Below, piece by piece: positions 9,536 to 18,342 of a DNA stretch of 32,000 bases. A program made the translations under genes and the position numbers. Each line of letters begins with the position of its first letter. The first letter of the stretch is position 1. The notes beneath the pieces were generated by a model. It saw nothing but the letters and a program-made list of their open reading frames with translations. It was not told where the DNA came from and searched no databases. Origin of the DNA: Haloferax volcanii DS2 (GTDB taxonomy: Archaea > Halobacteriota > Halobacteria > Halobacteriales > Haloferacaceae); assembly GCF_000025685.1 (NCBI RefSeq), contig NC_013967.1, positions 210,001 through 242,000 on the forward strand. The letters are read 5' to 3'.

Positions 9536-10561
9536 ATGATTGACCTCCGAAGCGACACCGTCACGCTCCCGTCAGACGAGATGCGCGAGGCCGCCCGCGA
9601 CGCCGCCGTCGGTGACGACGTGTACGGCGACGACCCGACCGTGAACGAACTCGAAGCGCGCGCCGCCGAACTCGTCGGCAAGGAGGCCGCGCTGTTCGTG
9701 CCGTCGGGGACGATGGGCAACCAAATCGCCGCCCGCGTCCACGCCGACCCCGGGCAAGAGGCGCTCGTGGACGAGAAGGCGCACGTCTACGAGTGGGAGG
9801 TCGGCGGCTTCGCCCAACTGTCGGGCTTGCAGGTCCGCGCCTACGACGCCGGCGAGCGCGCCGCGCCGACGCCCGCGCAGGTCCGCGACCACGCCCGCGA
9901 GGAGTCGCTTCACGTCGCCGGCACGGGCGTCCTGTGTCTCGAAAACACCCACAACGCCCGCGGCGGCGTCGCGGTTCCGAAGGCCGATATCGACGCCGCG
10001 GCCGACGCCGCCCGCGACCTCGGGATTCCCGTCCACCTCGACGGCGCGCGCCTGTTCAACGCCTGCGTCGCCCTCGACGAGGACCCGACGGCGATGGTCG
10101 AGCGCGTCGACACGGTGATGTGCTGTCTCTCGAAGGGCCTCGGCGCGCCCGTCGGCTCGATGCTCGCCGGTCCCGAGGCGTTCATCGAGGAGGCCGTCCG
10201 CGTCAGAAAGCAGTTCGGCGGCGGTATGCGTCAGGCCGGGCTCATCGCCGCGCCGGGGCTCGTCGCGCTCGACAACGTCGACCGCCTCGCGGACGACCAC
10301 GCGAACGCGACGGTCCTCGCCGAGGGTCTCGACGCCGTTTCCGGACTGTCGGTGCCGACGCCCGACACGAACATCGTCGTCGTCGACTCCGAAGGTGCCG
10401 GGCTGACGGCCGAGGAGTTTGTCGAACTGTGCGACGATGTTGGCGTCCTCGGCGGCACGTTCGGCCAGTACCACACCCGCTTTACGACGAATCTGAACGT
10501 CTCGCGTGCGGACGTGGAGCGCGCGGTCGACCTCGTCGCCGACGCGGTCGAATCGCGGTAG
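9536..10561 (+). CDS. Low-specificity L-threonine aldolase (PLP-dependent, beta-eliminating lyase family)
   Basis: ATG at 9536 ([13 protein letters not shown]...). Motifs seen: [32 protein letters not shown], and [13 protein letters not shown] containing the PLP lysine. Confidence 0.85.
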   Translation: MIDLRSDTVTLPSDEMREAARDAAVGDDVYGDDPTVNELEARAAELVGKEAALFVPSGTMGNQIAARVHADPGQEALVDEKAHVYEWEVGGFAQLSGLQVRAYDAGERAAPTPAQVRDHAREESLHVAGTGVLCLENTHNARGGVAVPKADIDAAADAARDLGIPVHLDGARLFNACVALDEDPTAMVERVDTVMCCLSKGLGAPVGSMLAGPEAFIEEAVRVRKQFGGGMRQAGLIAAPGLVALDNVDRLADDHANATVLAEGLDAVSGLSVPTPDTNIVVVDSEGAGLTAEEFVELCDDVGVLGGTFGQYHTRFTTNLNVSRADVERAVDLVADAVESR

Positions 10562-10621
10562 GTCGGGGGAAGCCGCCGCGAGTCGCGGTCGGCCGGTGGC
10601 GGCCCACTCGGTTCGTTCGGA

Positions 10622-11566
10622 TTACAACTCGGGTTCGATGTAGACGAAGTGCACCCGGTCGTCGGCCGCCTTGAGTTCGTCCTCGATTTCGGTGATGTGG
10701 TCGTCCAGTTCCTCGGTGTCGAGTTCGGGGTCGAAGCTCACGTCGAGGGCGACGAGCAGCTTCTCGGGGCCGACGTAGCTCGCGCGGAAGTGGTCGATGT
10801 GGACGACTCGCGGGTCGTTTTTGACGATGTCGCGGAGCGCCTGTTCTTCGTCCACGGGGACGCTCTCACCGATGAGCAGGCGTTTGTTCTCCCACGCGAG
10901 CGCGATGGCGAAGCCCATGAGCAGTATCCCGATGAGGAGCGCCGCGCCGGCGTCGAACAGCTCGTTGCCCGTGAGCTCGGTGAGGCCGATGCCGGCGAGC
11001 GCGAGCACCGCGCCGACGAGGGCGACGGTGTCCTCCGTGAACGCCGTGAGCGTCGTCACGTCGCTCGTCTCTCGGAAGGCCTCGACGAGGCCGCTCCACT
11101 CGTATTCTTCTATCTGCCGGCGGAGTTCCGCGTTCGCCTTCAGGAAGGCGTAGCTCTCGAAGGCAATCGCCCCGAGGAGGATGGCGACGTTGACCAACAC
11201 GGGCTCGATTTCGAATCCGAGCAGGACGAGCGCCTCGCCGCCCCCGCCGTGGCCGGGGTGCATCAGGGCGTCGTAGCCGTGTTTGGCCGACTCCCAGCCG
11301 GCGATGCCGAACAGCATCACGGAGACGAGAAACGAGTAGAAGAACTGCGACTTCCCGTGGCCGAAGGGGTGCGACTGCGTCTCGCCGCGCTTGCTGTCGC
11401 GGATGCCGATGAGGAGAAACACCTGGTTGCCGGTGTCGGAGATGGAGTGATACGTTTCGGAGAGCATGGAGGGACTCCCGGTCGCGAGATAGCCGAGGAA
11501 CTTGAGGACCGCAATCACCCCGTTCGCGAAGAGCGCGGCGACGACGACGGACGTACTGCCTGCCAT
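10622..11566 (-). CDS. Cation diffusion facilitator (CDF) family metal efflux transporter
   Basis: Six TM segments. Metal-site residues lie in ETYHSISDTGN and HPFGHGK, and a cytoplasmic C-terminal domain is present. ATG at 11566 is preferred over GTG at 11578. Confidence 0.85.
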   Translation of the reverse strand: MAGSTSVVVAALFANGVIAVLKFLGYLATGSPSMLSETYHSISDTGNQVFLLIGIRDSKRGETQSHPFGHGKSQFFYSFLVSVMLFGIAGWESAKHGYDALMHPGHGGGGEALVLLGFEIEPVLVNVAILLGAIAFESYAFLKANAELRRQIEEYEWSGLVEAFRETSDVTTLTAFTEDTVALVGAVLALAGIGLTELTGNELFDAGAALLIGILLMGFAIALAWENKRLLIGESVPVDEEQALRDIVKNDPRVVHIDHFRASYVGPEKLLVALDVSFDPELDTEELDDHITEIEDELKAADDRVHFVYIEPEL

Positions 11567-11698
11567 GTCGTGGGCCACTCCCCCCGACCGGATAGAGCTA
11601 CCGACGGCGAATCGAGAGACGGACCATCCTCGACGGGCCGACGGGCGGACCGACGCCGCAGTCGGTAGGTTTCAATCCCTCCGGTCCCTAGCCCGCGC

Positions 11699-12217
11699 AT
11701 GCTCGTCGTCGTCTCCGACACCCACAGCACGGACGGTCATCGCCTGACCGACAGAACCCTCGACGCGGTCCGCGAGGCCGACCTCGTCGTCCACGCGGGC
11801 GACTTCATGCGCGAGTCCGTCCTCGACGCGTTCGTCGACGAGGCCGACAGCTTCCTCGCGGTGTACGGCAACAACGACGGCTCCGAGATTCGCGACCGGA
11901 TTCCCGCGGCGCGGAACGTCATCTACGGCGGCGTCGAGTTCGCGGTGACGCACACCCGCCGCGGCGGGAACACCGCGCTGTCGATGTTCGGCCGCGAGCG
12001 CGGGGCCGACGCGGTCGTCTTCGGGCACAGCCACCGGCCGGGTTTCCACGGCACCGGGCCGATTCCGCTCCTCAACCCGGGGAGCCACGCCCAACCGCGG
12101 GGCAACCGCAAGGCGCACGCGGAACTGGAGGAACTGCCGGACGGCGGCCTCCGCGGGCGACTCGTCACGGTCGACGGCGAGACGTTCGAGACGTTCCGTA
12201 TCGTCCCCGACGAATAG
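11699..12217 (+). CDS. Metallophosphoesterase (YfcE/MJ0936-like)
   Basis: Ordered calcineurin-like motifs: VVSDTH (DxH), HAGD (GD), GNND (GNxD), GHSH (GHxH). Confidence 0.8.
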   Translation: MLVVVSDTHSTDGHRLTDRTLDAVREADLVVHAGDFMRESVLDAFVDEADSFLAVYGNNDGSEIRDRIPAARNVIYGGVEFAVTHTRRGGNTALSMFGRERGADAVVFGHSHRPGFHGTGPIPLLNPGSHAQPRGNRKAHAELEELPDGGLRGRLVTVDGETFETFRIVPDE

Positions 12218-12423
12218 GGGAGGTCCGGTGGAGGGCCGGAAGAAGCAGCGGGAACAGACCGGAGCGGGTCTGTTGGGGGGCAGTCCGAGGCCGCGCGAGA
12301 CGACGGGGAGAGGGGCAGGGGGCACGGATGGCAGCCCCGTCGTCGTCGGGGGCCACGCGCGACCTCGCACTCACTCCTACGGGTGACGGTATCAAATACG
12401 CACCGTAAGCTCAAACAGCCGTT

Positions 12424-13386
12424 TTAGTCACGCAGCACGCCCACCGCGACCCACGCGAGAAGCACGGTCAGCCCGCCGAGGAAGAACAGCGTCCCCGGCG
12501 ATAGCGTCCCGATGGTCTCGGCGAGTCCGCCCGACCCGGACGTGACCCGCGCCGCGGTCTCCGTGGCCGTCTGCGCGGCCGTCGTGTCCGGAACCGGCGT
12601 CTGCGTCGGCGTCGCGGTCACGGTCTCCGTCGCGGTCTGCGCGGCTTCCGTCACGGTCGGCGTCGACTCGACCGCGGTTCGGGTCGCTTCCGCGGTCTGC
12701 GTCGTCGAATCCGCGGTCGTGGTCGCCTCGGCGATGCTGAACCCACCGCCGCCGTCGGTCGTCGCCGTCTCTGTGGCCGTCCTCGTCGGGGTCGATGCCG
12801 TCTCGGCGGTCGCGGGAGTGGCGTTCGCCGAATCGGCTGTCCGGGTCGCGTTGAGGTCGGCTCCCGAGCCGCCGCTCTGGCCGGCACCGGAGTCGCCCGC
12901 GCCGCCGGTCGAGCCTCCGAGACCGAACGGAAGCATCGACCCGGCACGGGCGAGCCGGTTCACGACGGCCGCGCCGATGCCGAGGACGCCGACGCCGCCG
13001 ATGAGGCGCGTGAGCGCGCCCTTCAGACCCTTCGTCTCGTCTTCGCGCCCGGCGACGACGACGAGCGCCCGGTCAGCGGGCGTGTAGACGTTCATCTCGC
13101 GGCCCTTCTCGGAGTACCTCGTGTCCGCGACTTCGATGAGGCCCGCTTCCGAGAGGTTGCCGAGGTGGTACTGGACGTTCTGGAGGGACGTGTCGATTTC
13201 GGCGGCGAGGTCGGAGGGCGTCGCCGGCGACTCGTGGAGCGACGCGAGGACCGTCCGGGCGGTCGACGAGGAGATTGCGCCGAGGAGGTCGTCCGCCTCG
13301 TCGCTGTCGAGGCCGATGACCTTGGGGTCTCGGTCGTCCCGGTCGTCGTCCGGGTCGCCCGGGCTGGAGGGGATGAGGTCGGCCAT
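12424..13386 (-). CDS. Membrane-anchored winged-helix (ArsR-like) DNA-binding protein with a Thr/Ala/Glu-rich low-complexity region
   Basis: ATG at 13386. The wHTH segment is ARTVLASLHESPATPSDLAAEIDTSLQNVQYHLGNLSEAGLIEV, followed by a TM helix (LIGGVGVLGIGAAVV). A stretch of ~130 aa rich in T/A/E is built from imperfect DNA-level repeats at 12540-12800. A C-terminal TM helix closes the protein. Confidence 0.7.
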   Translation of the reverse strand: MADLIPSSPGDPDDDRDDRDPKVIGLDSDEADDLLGAISSSTARTVLASLHESPATPSDLAAEIDTSLQNVQYHLGNLSEAGLIEVADTRYSEKGREMNVYTPADRALVVVAGREDETKGLKGALTRLIGGVGVLGIGAAVVNRLARAGSMLPFGLGGSTGGAGDSGAGQSGGSGADLNATRTADSANATPATAETASTPTRTATETATTDGGGGFSIAEATTTADSTTQTAEATRTAVESTPTVTEAAQTATETVTATPTQTPVPDTTAAQTATETAARVTSGSGGLAETIGTLSPGTLFFLGGLTVLLAWVAVGVLRD

Positions 13387-13482
13387 CGAATCGGCGTTAC
13401 TCACCGCTTCCCATGAGTGTTCGTATTCTTTCACGACACGTCGCCGAAATTGCTATACCTCGTGCCCGCCGAACCCACCCAC

Positions 13483-13650
13483 ATGACCGACCCTTTGGTC
13501 GTAGACGGCCTCGTCGACTTTCTCGCGGGGAATCCCGTGTTCGTCGGGTTGCTCGCCGCGTTATTGCTTTTCGTCTTCTTCGGCTATCTCCTCGTCCGGC
13601 GGACGCTCCTCGGGCTGAGTGAGGGCTACGACGAGGCGCGCCGCCGCTGA
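13483..13650 (+). CDS. Small membrane protein (55 aa)
   Basis: ATG at 13483 inside track ORF 13417..13650, with one strong TM helix (FVGLLAALLLFVFFGYLLV). The TATA-like ctatac at 13453-13458 is spaced for a leaderless start at this ATG. Confidence 0.45.
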   Translation: MTDPLVVDGLVDFLAGNPVFVGLLAALLLFVFFGYLLVRRTLLGLSEGYDEARRR

Positions 13651-13692
13651 CATGGACCGGACAACTGCCGACGACCGCCGAGGTGTCGCCCC

Positions 13693-14892
13693 GTGGTAGC
13701 CGCCGGAACGCTCGCAACGTTCGTCGTCGCCGCCCTCGCCAGCCTGTTCATGGCGTGGGCCATCGGCGCGGGGTCGTCGGGGTCGACGCCGTTCGCGCCC
13801 GCCGTCGGAGCCAACGCCATCTCGGTGATGCGCGCGGGCTTCATCGTCGGCCTGCTCGGCTTCGCCGGAGCGTTTCTGCAAGGTGCGAACGTCACCAACG
13901 CGGTCGGGACGGAACTCATCGGCGGCGTCACGCTGACCGCGGGGGCCGCGGTCGTCGCGCTCCTCACCGCGGCGGTGCTCGTCGCAATCGGCGTCTTCGC
14001 CGGCTACCCCATCGCGACCGCCTTCACCGTCACCGGCGCGGTCGTCGGCGTCGGCCTCGCCATGGGCGGCGACCCCGCGTGGTCGAAGTACCAACAAATC
14101 GTCTCGCTGTGGGTGCTCACGCCCTTCGTCGGCGGCGGCGCGTCGTACGCGACCGCCCGGCTCCTCCGCGCCGACGGCGTCTCCGAGCGGTGGACCGTCC
14201 CCGCGCTCGCCGGCCTCGTCGGTCTGCTCGTCGCCAACATGGAGTTCGCGGGACTCGGCGGCGCGTCGGGGTCGGCCTCGGTCGCCCGGGCCGCCGCGGT
14301 CGAACTGACCGGTCTCGGCGGCCTCGGCGAGACGGGCTGGTTCGTCGCCGCCTCGCTTCTCGTCGCGCTCGCCGCCGCCGCCGTGGTCGGCCGCTGGGTG
14401 ACGACCGACAAGACTCGCGGCCAGCGGCGCTTCCTGCTCGTTCTCGGCGGCCTCGTCGCCTTCTCTGCCGGCGGCAGTCAGGTCGGCCTCGCCATCGGGC
14501 CGCTCGTTCCCCTCCTCGACGTGGTCGCGGTCCCGCTCCCGGCGCTCCTCGTCGGCGGCGGACTGGGCCTCCTCGCGGGGTCGTGGACCGGCGCGCCGCG
14601 CATGATTAAGGCGCTCGCGCAGGACTACTCCTCGCTCGGGCCGCGGCGCTCCATCGCGGCGATGATTCCCTCGTTCGCCATCGCCCAGACCGCCGTCGCG
14701 CTCGGCGTCCCCGTCTCCTTTAACGAGATTATCGTCAGCGCCATCATCGGTTCGGGCTACGCCGCCGGCGGCTCGGGGGTCTCCGGGCGGAAGATGCTTT
14801 ACACCGTTCTCGCGTGGATTGGCTCGCTCGCCCTCGCGCTCGGACTGGGCTACGGCGTCTTTACGCTCGCGTCGAGCGTACTCGGCGTGTGA
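13693..14892 (+). CDS. Inorganic phosphate transporter, PiT (PHO4) family
   Basis: 399-aa polytopic membrane protein with the duplicated PiT signature regions (AWAIGAGSSGSTPFAPAVGANAIS ... and the second half IVSAIIGSGYAAG). GTG start. Confidence 0.85.
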   Translation: MVAAGTLATFVVAALASLFMAWAIGAGSSGSTPFAPAVGANAISVMRAGFIVGLLGFAGAFLQGANVTNAVGTELIGGVTLTAGAAVVALLTAAVLVAIGVFAGYPIATAFTVTGAVVGVGLAMGGDPAWSKYQQIVSLWVLTPFVGGGASYATARLLRADGVSERWTVPALAGLVGLLVANMEFAGLGGASGSASVARAAAVELTGLGGLGETGWFVAASLLVALAAAAVVGRWVTTDKTRGQRRFLLVLGGLVAFSAGGSQVGLAIGPLVPLLDVVAVPLPALLVGGGLGLLAGSWTGAPRMIKALAQDYSSLGPRRSIAAMIPSFAIAQTAVALGVPVSFNEIIVSAIIGSGYAAGGSGVSGRKMLYTVLAWIGSLALALGLGYGVFTLASSVLGV

Positions 14893-15164
14893 ACGTCCGT
14901 GCGCTCCGCGTCGCGCTTACCACCCTCGTGTCCGCGCTCTGGGCCGCCTTCGGCGTCTACCACGTCGCGATGGCGGTCGTGACCGGCATCTCGCTCCGCG
15001 GGTTCGCCTTCGGGACCGTCGGCCTCGGCGCGTTCGCGCTGGCGATTCGCTTCCGCGGACGGGCGCGACGGCTCGGTGACGGCACCGCCGACGCGACCGG
15101 ACTGGTGGTTCTCGCGCTGGCGTCGCTGGTGCTCGTGGTGCTGTCGGTTACGCTCCTCGAATAA
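14889..15164 (+). CDS. Small membrane protein (91 aa, about 3 TM)
   Basis: GTG at 14889 overlaps the PiT stop by 4 nt (GTGTGA), suggesting coupling. Hydrophobic helices are present (LTTLVSALWAAFGVYHVAMAVV, FGTVGLGAFALAI, LVVLALASLVLVVLSV). Confidence 0.4.
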   Translation: MNVRALRVALTTLVSALWAAFGVYHVAMAVVTGISLRGFAFGTVGLGAFALAIRFRGRARRLGDGTADATGLVVLALASLVLVVLSVTLLE

Positions 15165-15231
15165 CTCGCGGTCGGAAAACGGGTTCGACCGGGTGTCGGC
15201 GGTGGCGACTCCGTCGCGTCGTCAGGTCAGG

Positions 15232-16647
15232 TCAGGTGTCGGGTTCGACTTCCGCTTCCTCGTCGCCGCCGTTCTCCTCGTCGTCGCCGTCGCCGTTGCC
15301 GTCGGCGGCTTCGATGCCCGCGTTGGTCCGGATGCGGGCTTTCATGATGCGCGTGTTGTCGACCTGCTCGATGCGGATGACGATGTCGTTGTAGCTGATC
15401 TCCTCGCCCTCCTCGACGAGGCGGCCGGCGCGGTTGAAGATGAAGCCGGCGAGCGTCTCGAACTCCTCGCCCTCGGGGAGTTCGATGTCGAGCATCTCGT
15501 TGACCTCGTCGATGTTGACCTCGCCGCGGACGAGGTAGGTGTTCTCGTCGACCGACTCGAACGGCTCTTCCTCGTCGCCTTCGAGGATGTCGCCGACGAT
15601 TTCCTCGACCATGTCTTCGAGGGTGATGAGCCCCTCGGTGGTCCCGAACTCGTCGATGACGACGACCATCTGCATCCGGGTGTCCTGCATCTCGGCCATC
15701 AGTTCGTCGACGTTCTTCGACTCGGGGACGTGGAGCGTCGGCGAGACGATGTCGGCGATGCCGACGCCGCGTTCGCCGTAGTACTTCTCGCGGACGAGGT
15801 TTCGGATGTTGACGATGCCGATGATGTTGTCGAGGTTCCCGTCGTAGACGGGGACGCGCTCGTGGTCGGCCTGCACGCACGTCTCGATGGCCTCGTCGAT
15901 GGTCGCGTCCTTCGGGACGGCGGTCATGTCGAGGCGGGGCGTCATGACCTCCTTGGCGATAGTCGAGTTGAAGCGGAAGATGCGGTCGAGCATCTCGCGT
16001 TCTTCCTCCTCGATGACGCCCTCGCGCTCGCCCGTCTCGATGAGGTTCTGAATCTCGTCGCGGGTGACGTACGTCGTCTCGATGGCGGTCTGCCCGCCGG
16101 TGACGCGGTTGACGAGCCGCGTCAGGTGGTCGAACAGGACGACGAGCGGGAGCAACAGTAGCTCGGCGTACTTCAGGGGGCGTGCGATACGGAGCGACCA
16201 CGATTCCGTGTTCTCGACGGCGTATGACTTCGGTGCGCTCTCACCGAACAGGAGGACGAGCGTGGTGATACCGAACGTCGAGATGAGGACCGACTCGCCC
16301 GCGCCGAAGTCGAGGACGGCGAGGAGCCCGGTCGCCAGCGACGACATCGCGATGTTGACGATGTTGTTTCCGACGAGGATGGTCACGAGCAGGCGGTGCG
16401 GGTCGTCTTTGAGCGACTTGACCCGCTCCGCGCCCGGAATCCCCTCTTCGACCATCGAGTCGACGCGGTGCTTCGCGAGCGAGAACATCGCGATCTCGGA
16501 CGAGGAGAAGAACGCCGAGAGACCGACGAGAACGATAATCGCAGCCACGCCGAGGACTGTGATCGTCGTGTCGTCCAGCGGAATATTCGAGACCTGTGCG
16601 GCCGCGAGTGTCGAGGCTGGTGGTAACTGTGTCGGCGGCAAACCCAT
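15232..16647 (-). CDS. CNNM/DUF21-CBS-CorC_HlyC family transporter-associated protein (hemolysin-family / putative Mg/Co efflux)
   Basis: N-terminal DUF21 membrane domain (FFSSSEIAMFSL, LVTILVGNNIVNIA), a tandem CBS pair (IAKEVMTPR..., PVYDGNLDNIIGIV), a CorC_HlyC domain (ISYNDIVIRIEQVDNTRI) and an acidic tail. Confidence 0.85.
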   Translation of the reverse strand: MGLPPTQLPPASTLAAAQVSNIPLDDTTITVLGVAAIIVLVGLSAFFSSSEIAMFSLAKHRVDSMVEEGIPGAERVKSLKDDPHRLLVTILVGNNIVNIAMSSLATGLLAVLDFGAGESVLISTFGITTLVLLFGESAPKSYAVENTESWSLRIARPLKYAELLLLPLVVLFDHLTRLVNRVTGGQTAIETTYVTRDEIQNLIETGEREGVIEEEEREMLDRIFRFNSTIAKEVMTPRLDMTAVPKDATIDEAIETCVQADHERVPVYDGNLDNIIGIVNIRNLVREKYYGERGVGIADIVSPTLHVPESKNVDELMAEMQDTRMQMVVVIDEFGTTEGLITLEDMVEEIVGDILEGDEEEPFESVDENTYLVRGEVNIDEVNEMLDIELPEGEEFETLAGFIFNRAGRLVEEGEEISYNDIVIRIEQVDNTRIMKARIRTNAGIEAADGNGDGDDEENGGDEEAEVEPDT

Positions 16648-16808
16648 GTAACTACACTGTCTTGCGCGGGACCGGAATTAAGAGTTGCCCTCGACACTGC
16701 CTCGGCCGGCGCGTCGTTCGTTCTCCCCGGTCCGGCCGTCGAACCGATGTTGCGGCGCGGATGCCCGCGAGCGAAGGGCTTAGGCGACGCTCTGCTCAAC
16801 ACCCGCCC

Positions 16809-17072
16809 ATGGCAGACGAGCAACCGGCGATTACGCTGTACCGACTGCAAGCGTGCCCGTTCTGCGAGCGGGTCGTCCGCACGCTCGACGAACAGGGTCT
16901 CGCCTACCAGTCGCGGTTCGTCGAGCCGATGCACTCCGACCGGAACGTCGTCAAGCGCGTCTCGGGCAAGCGCTCGGTCCCGGCCATCGTCGACGACAAC
17001 ACCGGCGTCACGATGTCCGAGTCGGCGAACATCGTCGACTACCTCGAACACACCTACGGGGAGGGAGCTTGA
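16809..17072 (+). CDS. Glutaredoxin-like protein (CPFC active site)
   Basis: ATG at 16809 inside track ORF 16596..17072. ITLYRLQACPFCERV plus SVPAIVDD is the Grx fold signature. Confidence 0.8.
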   Translation: MADEQPAITLYRLQACPFCERVVRTLDEQGLAYQSRFVEPMHSDRNVVKRVSGKRSVPAIVDDNTGVTMSESANIVDYLEHTYGEGA

Positions 17073-17578
17073 TGCCGGAGTTCGACGTCGTCTCCCTGCC
17101 CGACCACGACGCCCCGTCCGTGGGCGACACCGCCCCGGACTTCACCCGCCCGCTCGTCAACGCGGAGTTCTGGGAGGACGCCGCCCTCTCGGACCTCACC
17201 GACGACGGGCCAGTCCTCCTCGTGTTTCACACGATGGCGGGCGCGTTCCCCGCGACGTACGTCTGGAACGAACTCCGCGACCGCGGCGTCCCAGACGAGG
17301 TACAGACGGTCGGCGTCTCCATCTCGTCGCCGTACGAGCACAAGTCGTTCCTCGCGGAGCGCGGCGTGGACGCCCGCCTGTTTTCGGACCCCGCGGCCGG
17401 CGTCGCCGCCGACTACGACCTCGAACACGACCTCGACGGCATGGCCGGCGTCACCGAACACCGCCCCGCCGTGTTCCTCCTCGACGAGGAGCGGACGGTC
17501 CAGTACCGCTGGGTCGCCGCGGAGTGGCCGGACTTCCCGGACTACGAGGGCATCGCCGACGCCCTCGACGACCTGTAA
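17072..17578 (+). CDS. Redoxin/peroxiredoxin-fold protein lacking any cysteine
   Basis: ATG at 17072 overlaps the Grx stop by 1 nt (TGATG). The layout is AhpC/TSA-like (GDTAPDFT...PVLLVFHTMAGAFPATYVWNEL...VGVSISSPYEHKSF), but the position of the peroxidatic Cys reads FPATY. The whole 168-aa protein contains no Cys. Confidence 0.7.
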   Translation: MPEFDVVSLPDHDAPSVGDTAPDFTRPLVNAEFWEDAALSDLTDDGPVLLVFHTMAGAFPATYVWNELRDRGVPDEVQTVGVSISSPYEHKSFLAERGVDARLFSDPAAGVAADYDLEHDLDGMAGVTEHRPAVFLLDEERTVQYRWVAAEWPDFPDYEGIADALDDL

Positions 17579-17671
17579 GCCGCTTCCCGACGCTCGCCGC
17601 GTCGACCGCATTCGCCCGCGCGGAATCGCCGTTTCGTCACGCTTTTTCGCCCGTTGCGCGTCGGTTCGTAC

Positions 17672-18271
17672 ATGAGCGACGACGTACAGCGTGCCGCCGC
17701 CGCCATCCGCCGCGGCGAGGCGGTCGTCTACCCGACCGAGACGGTCTACGGCATGGGCGCGGACGCGACGAACGCCGACGCGGTCGAACGCGTCTTCGAC
17801 ATCAAGGGCCGCGACCGAGACAACCCGCTCTCCGCCGGCTTCCCCGACGTGGACGCCGCGCTGGAGCTCGTCGAGGTCGACGACCGCGAGGAGGCCTTTA
17901 TGCGCCGGTTCCTCCCCGGTCCGGTGACGGTCGTCGTGGAGCGACGCGACAGCCTGCCGGACGCGCTCGTCGCCGGGAAAGACCGCATCGGCGTCCGCAT
18001 CCCCGACCACGAACTCGCGCTCGCCCTCTTTCGCGCGTCCGGGACGCCCGTCACCGCGACCAGCGCCAACCGCTCCGGCACCGGGAGCATCACGCACCCC
18101 TCGCAGCTCTCCGACGAGATTCGGGAGGCGGTCGCCGTCGTCCTCGACGGCGGGACGACACCCGGAACCGAGAGCACCGTCGTCGACCCCGGCCGCGGCG
18201 TCGTCCACCGCCGCGGCGCGATGGCCGACGACATCGAGGCGTGGTTAGACGAGCACGACGACGACGCGTAA
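17672..18271 (+). CDS. L-threonylcarbamoyladenylate synthase (Sua5/YrdC/TsaC family)
   Basis: ATG at 17672. Motifs seen: VVYPTETVYGMGADA, KGRDRDNPL, PGPVTVVV, ATSANRSG. Confidence 0.85.
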   Translation: MSDDVQRAAAAIRRGEAVVYPTETVYGMGADATNADAVERVFDIKGRDRDNPLSAGFPDVDAALELVEVDDREEAFMRRFLPGPVTVVVERRDSLPDALVAGKDRIGVRIPDHELALALFRASGTPVTATSANRSGTGSITHPSQLSDEIREAVAVVLDGGTTPGTESTVVDPGRGVVHRRGAMADDIEAWLDEHDDDA

Positions 18272-18342
18272 CCCGACGGGCGCGACGACGAGGCAACCCT
18301 GAGCCACGCGGACGCGACCCGGAGTCACCGCGGACGCCGCCC

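Noticed and set aside
12218-12423. G-run-rich convergent spacer (GGGG AGA GGGG CA GGGGG ...) as a G-quadruplex
   Set aside because: Only three closely spaced G-runs are present, and the fourth requires a loop of more than 20 nt. In a genome this GC-rich that is not distinctive. The 26-aa ORF at 12328-12408 is also unconvincing.
12424-12520. C-terminus of the wHTH membrane protein (SPGTLFFLGGLTVLLAWVAVGVLRD) as a PGF-CTERM archaeosortase signal
   Set aside because: The tripeptide is PGT, not PGF. An N-terminal cytoplasmic DNA-binding domain is also inconsistent with a secreted ArtA substrate.
13683-14609. 308-aa plus-strand Arg-rich ORF, with a similar one at 15227..16201 on the minus strand
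   Set aside because: They are off-frame shadows of the PiT transporter and the CNNM/CorC gene respectively.
15221-15235. GTCAG x3 micro-repeat at the stop of the CNNM/CorC gene
   Set aside because: Three copies of a pentamer are too short to be meaningful. No function is suggested by the context.
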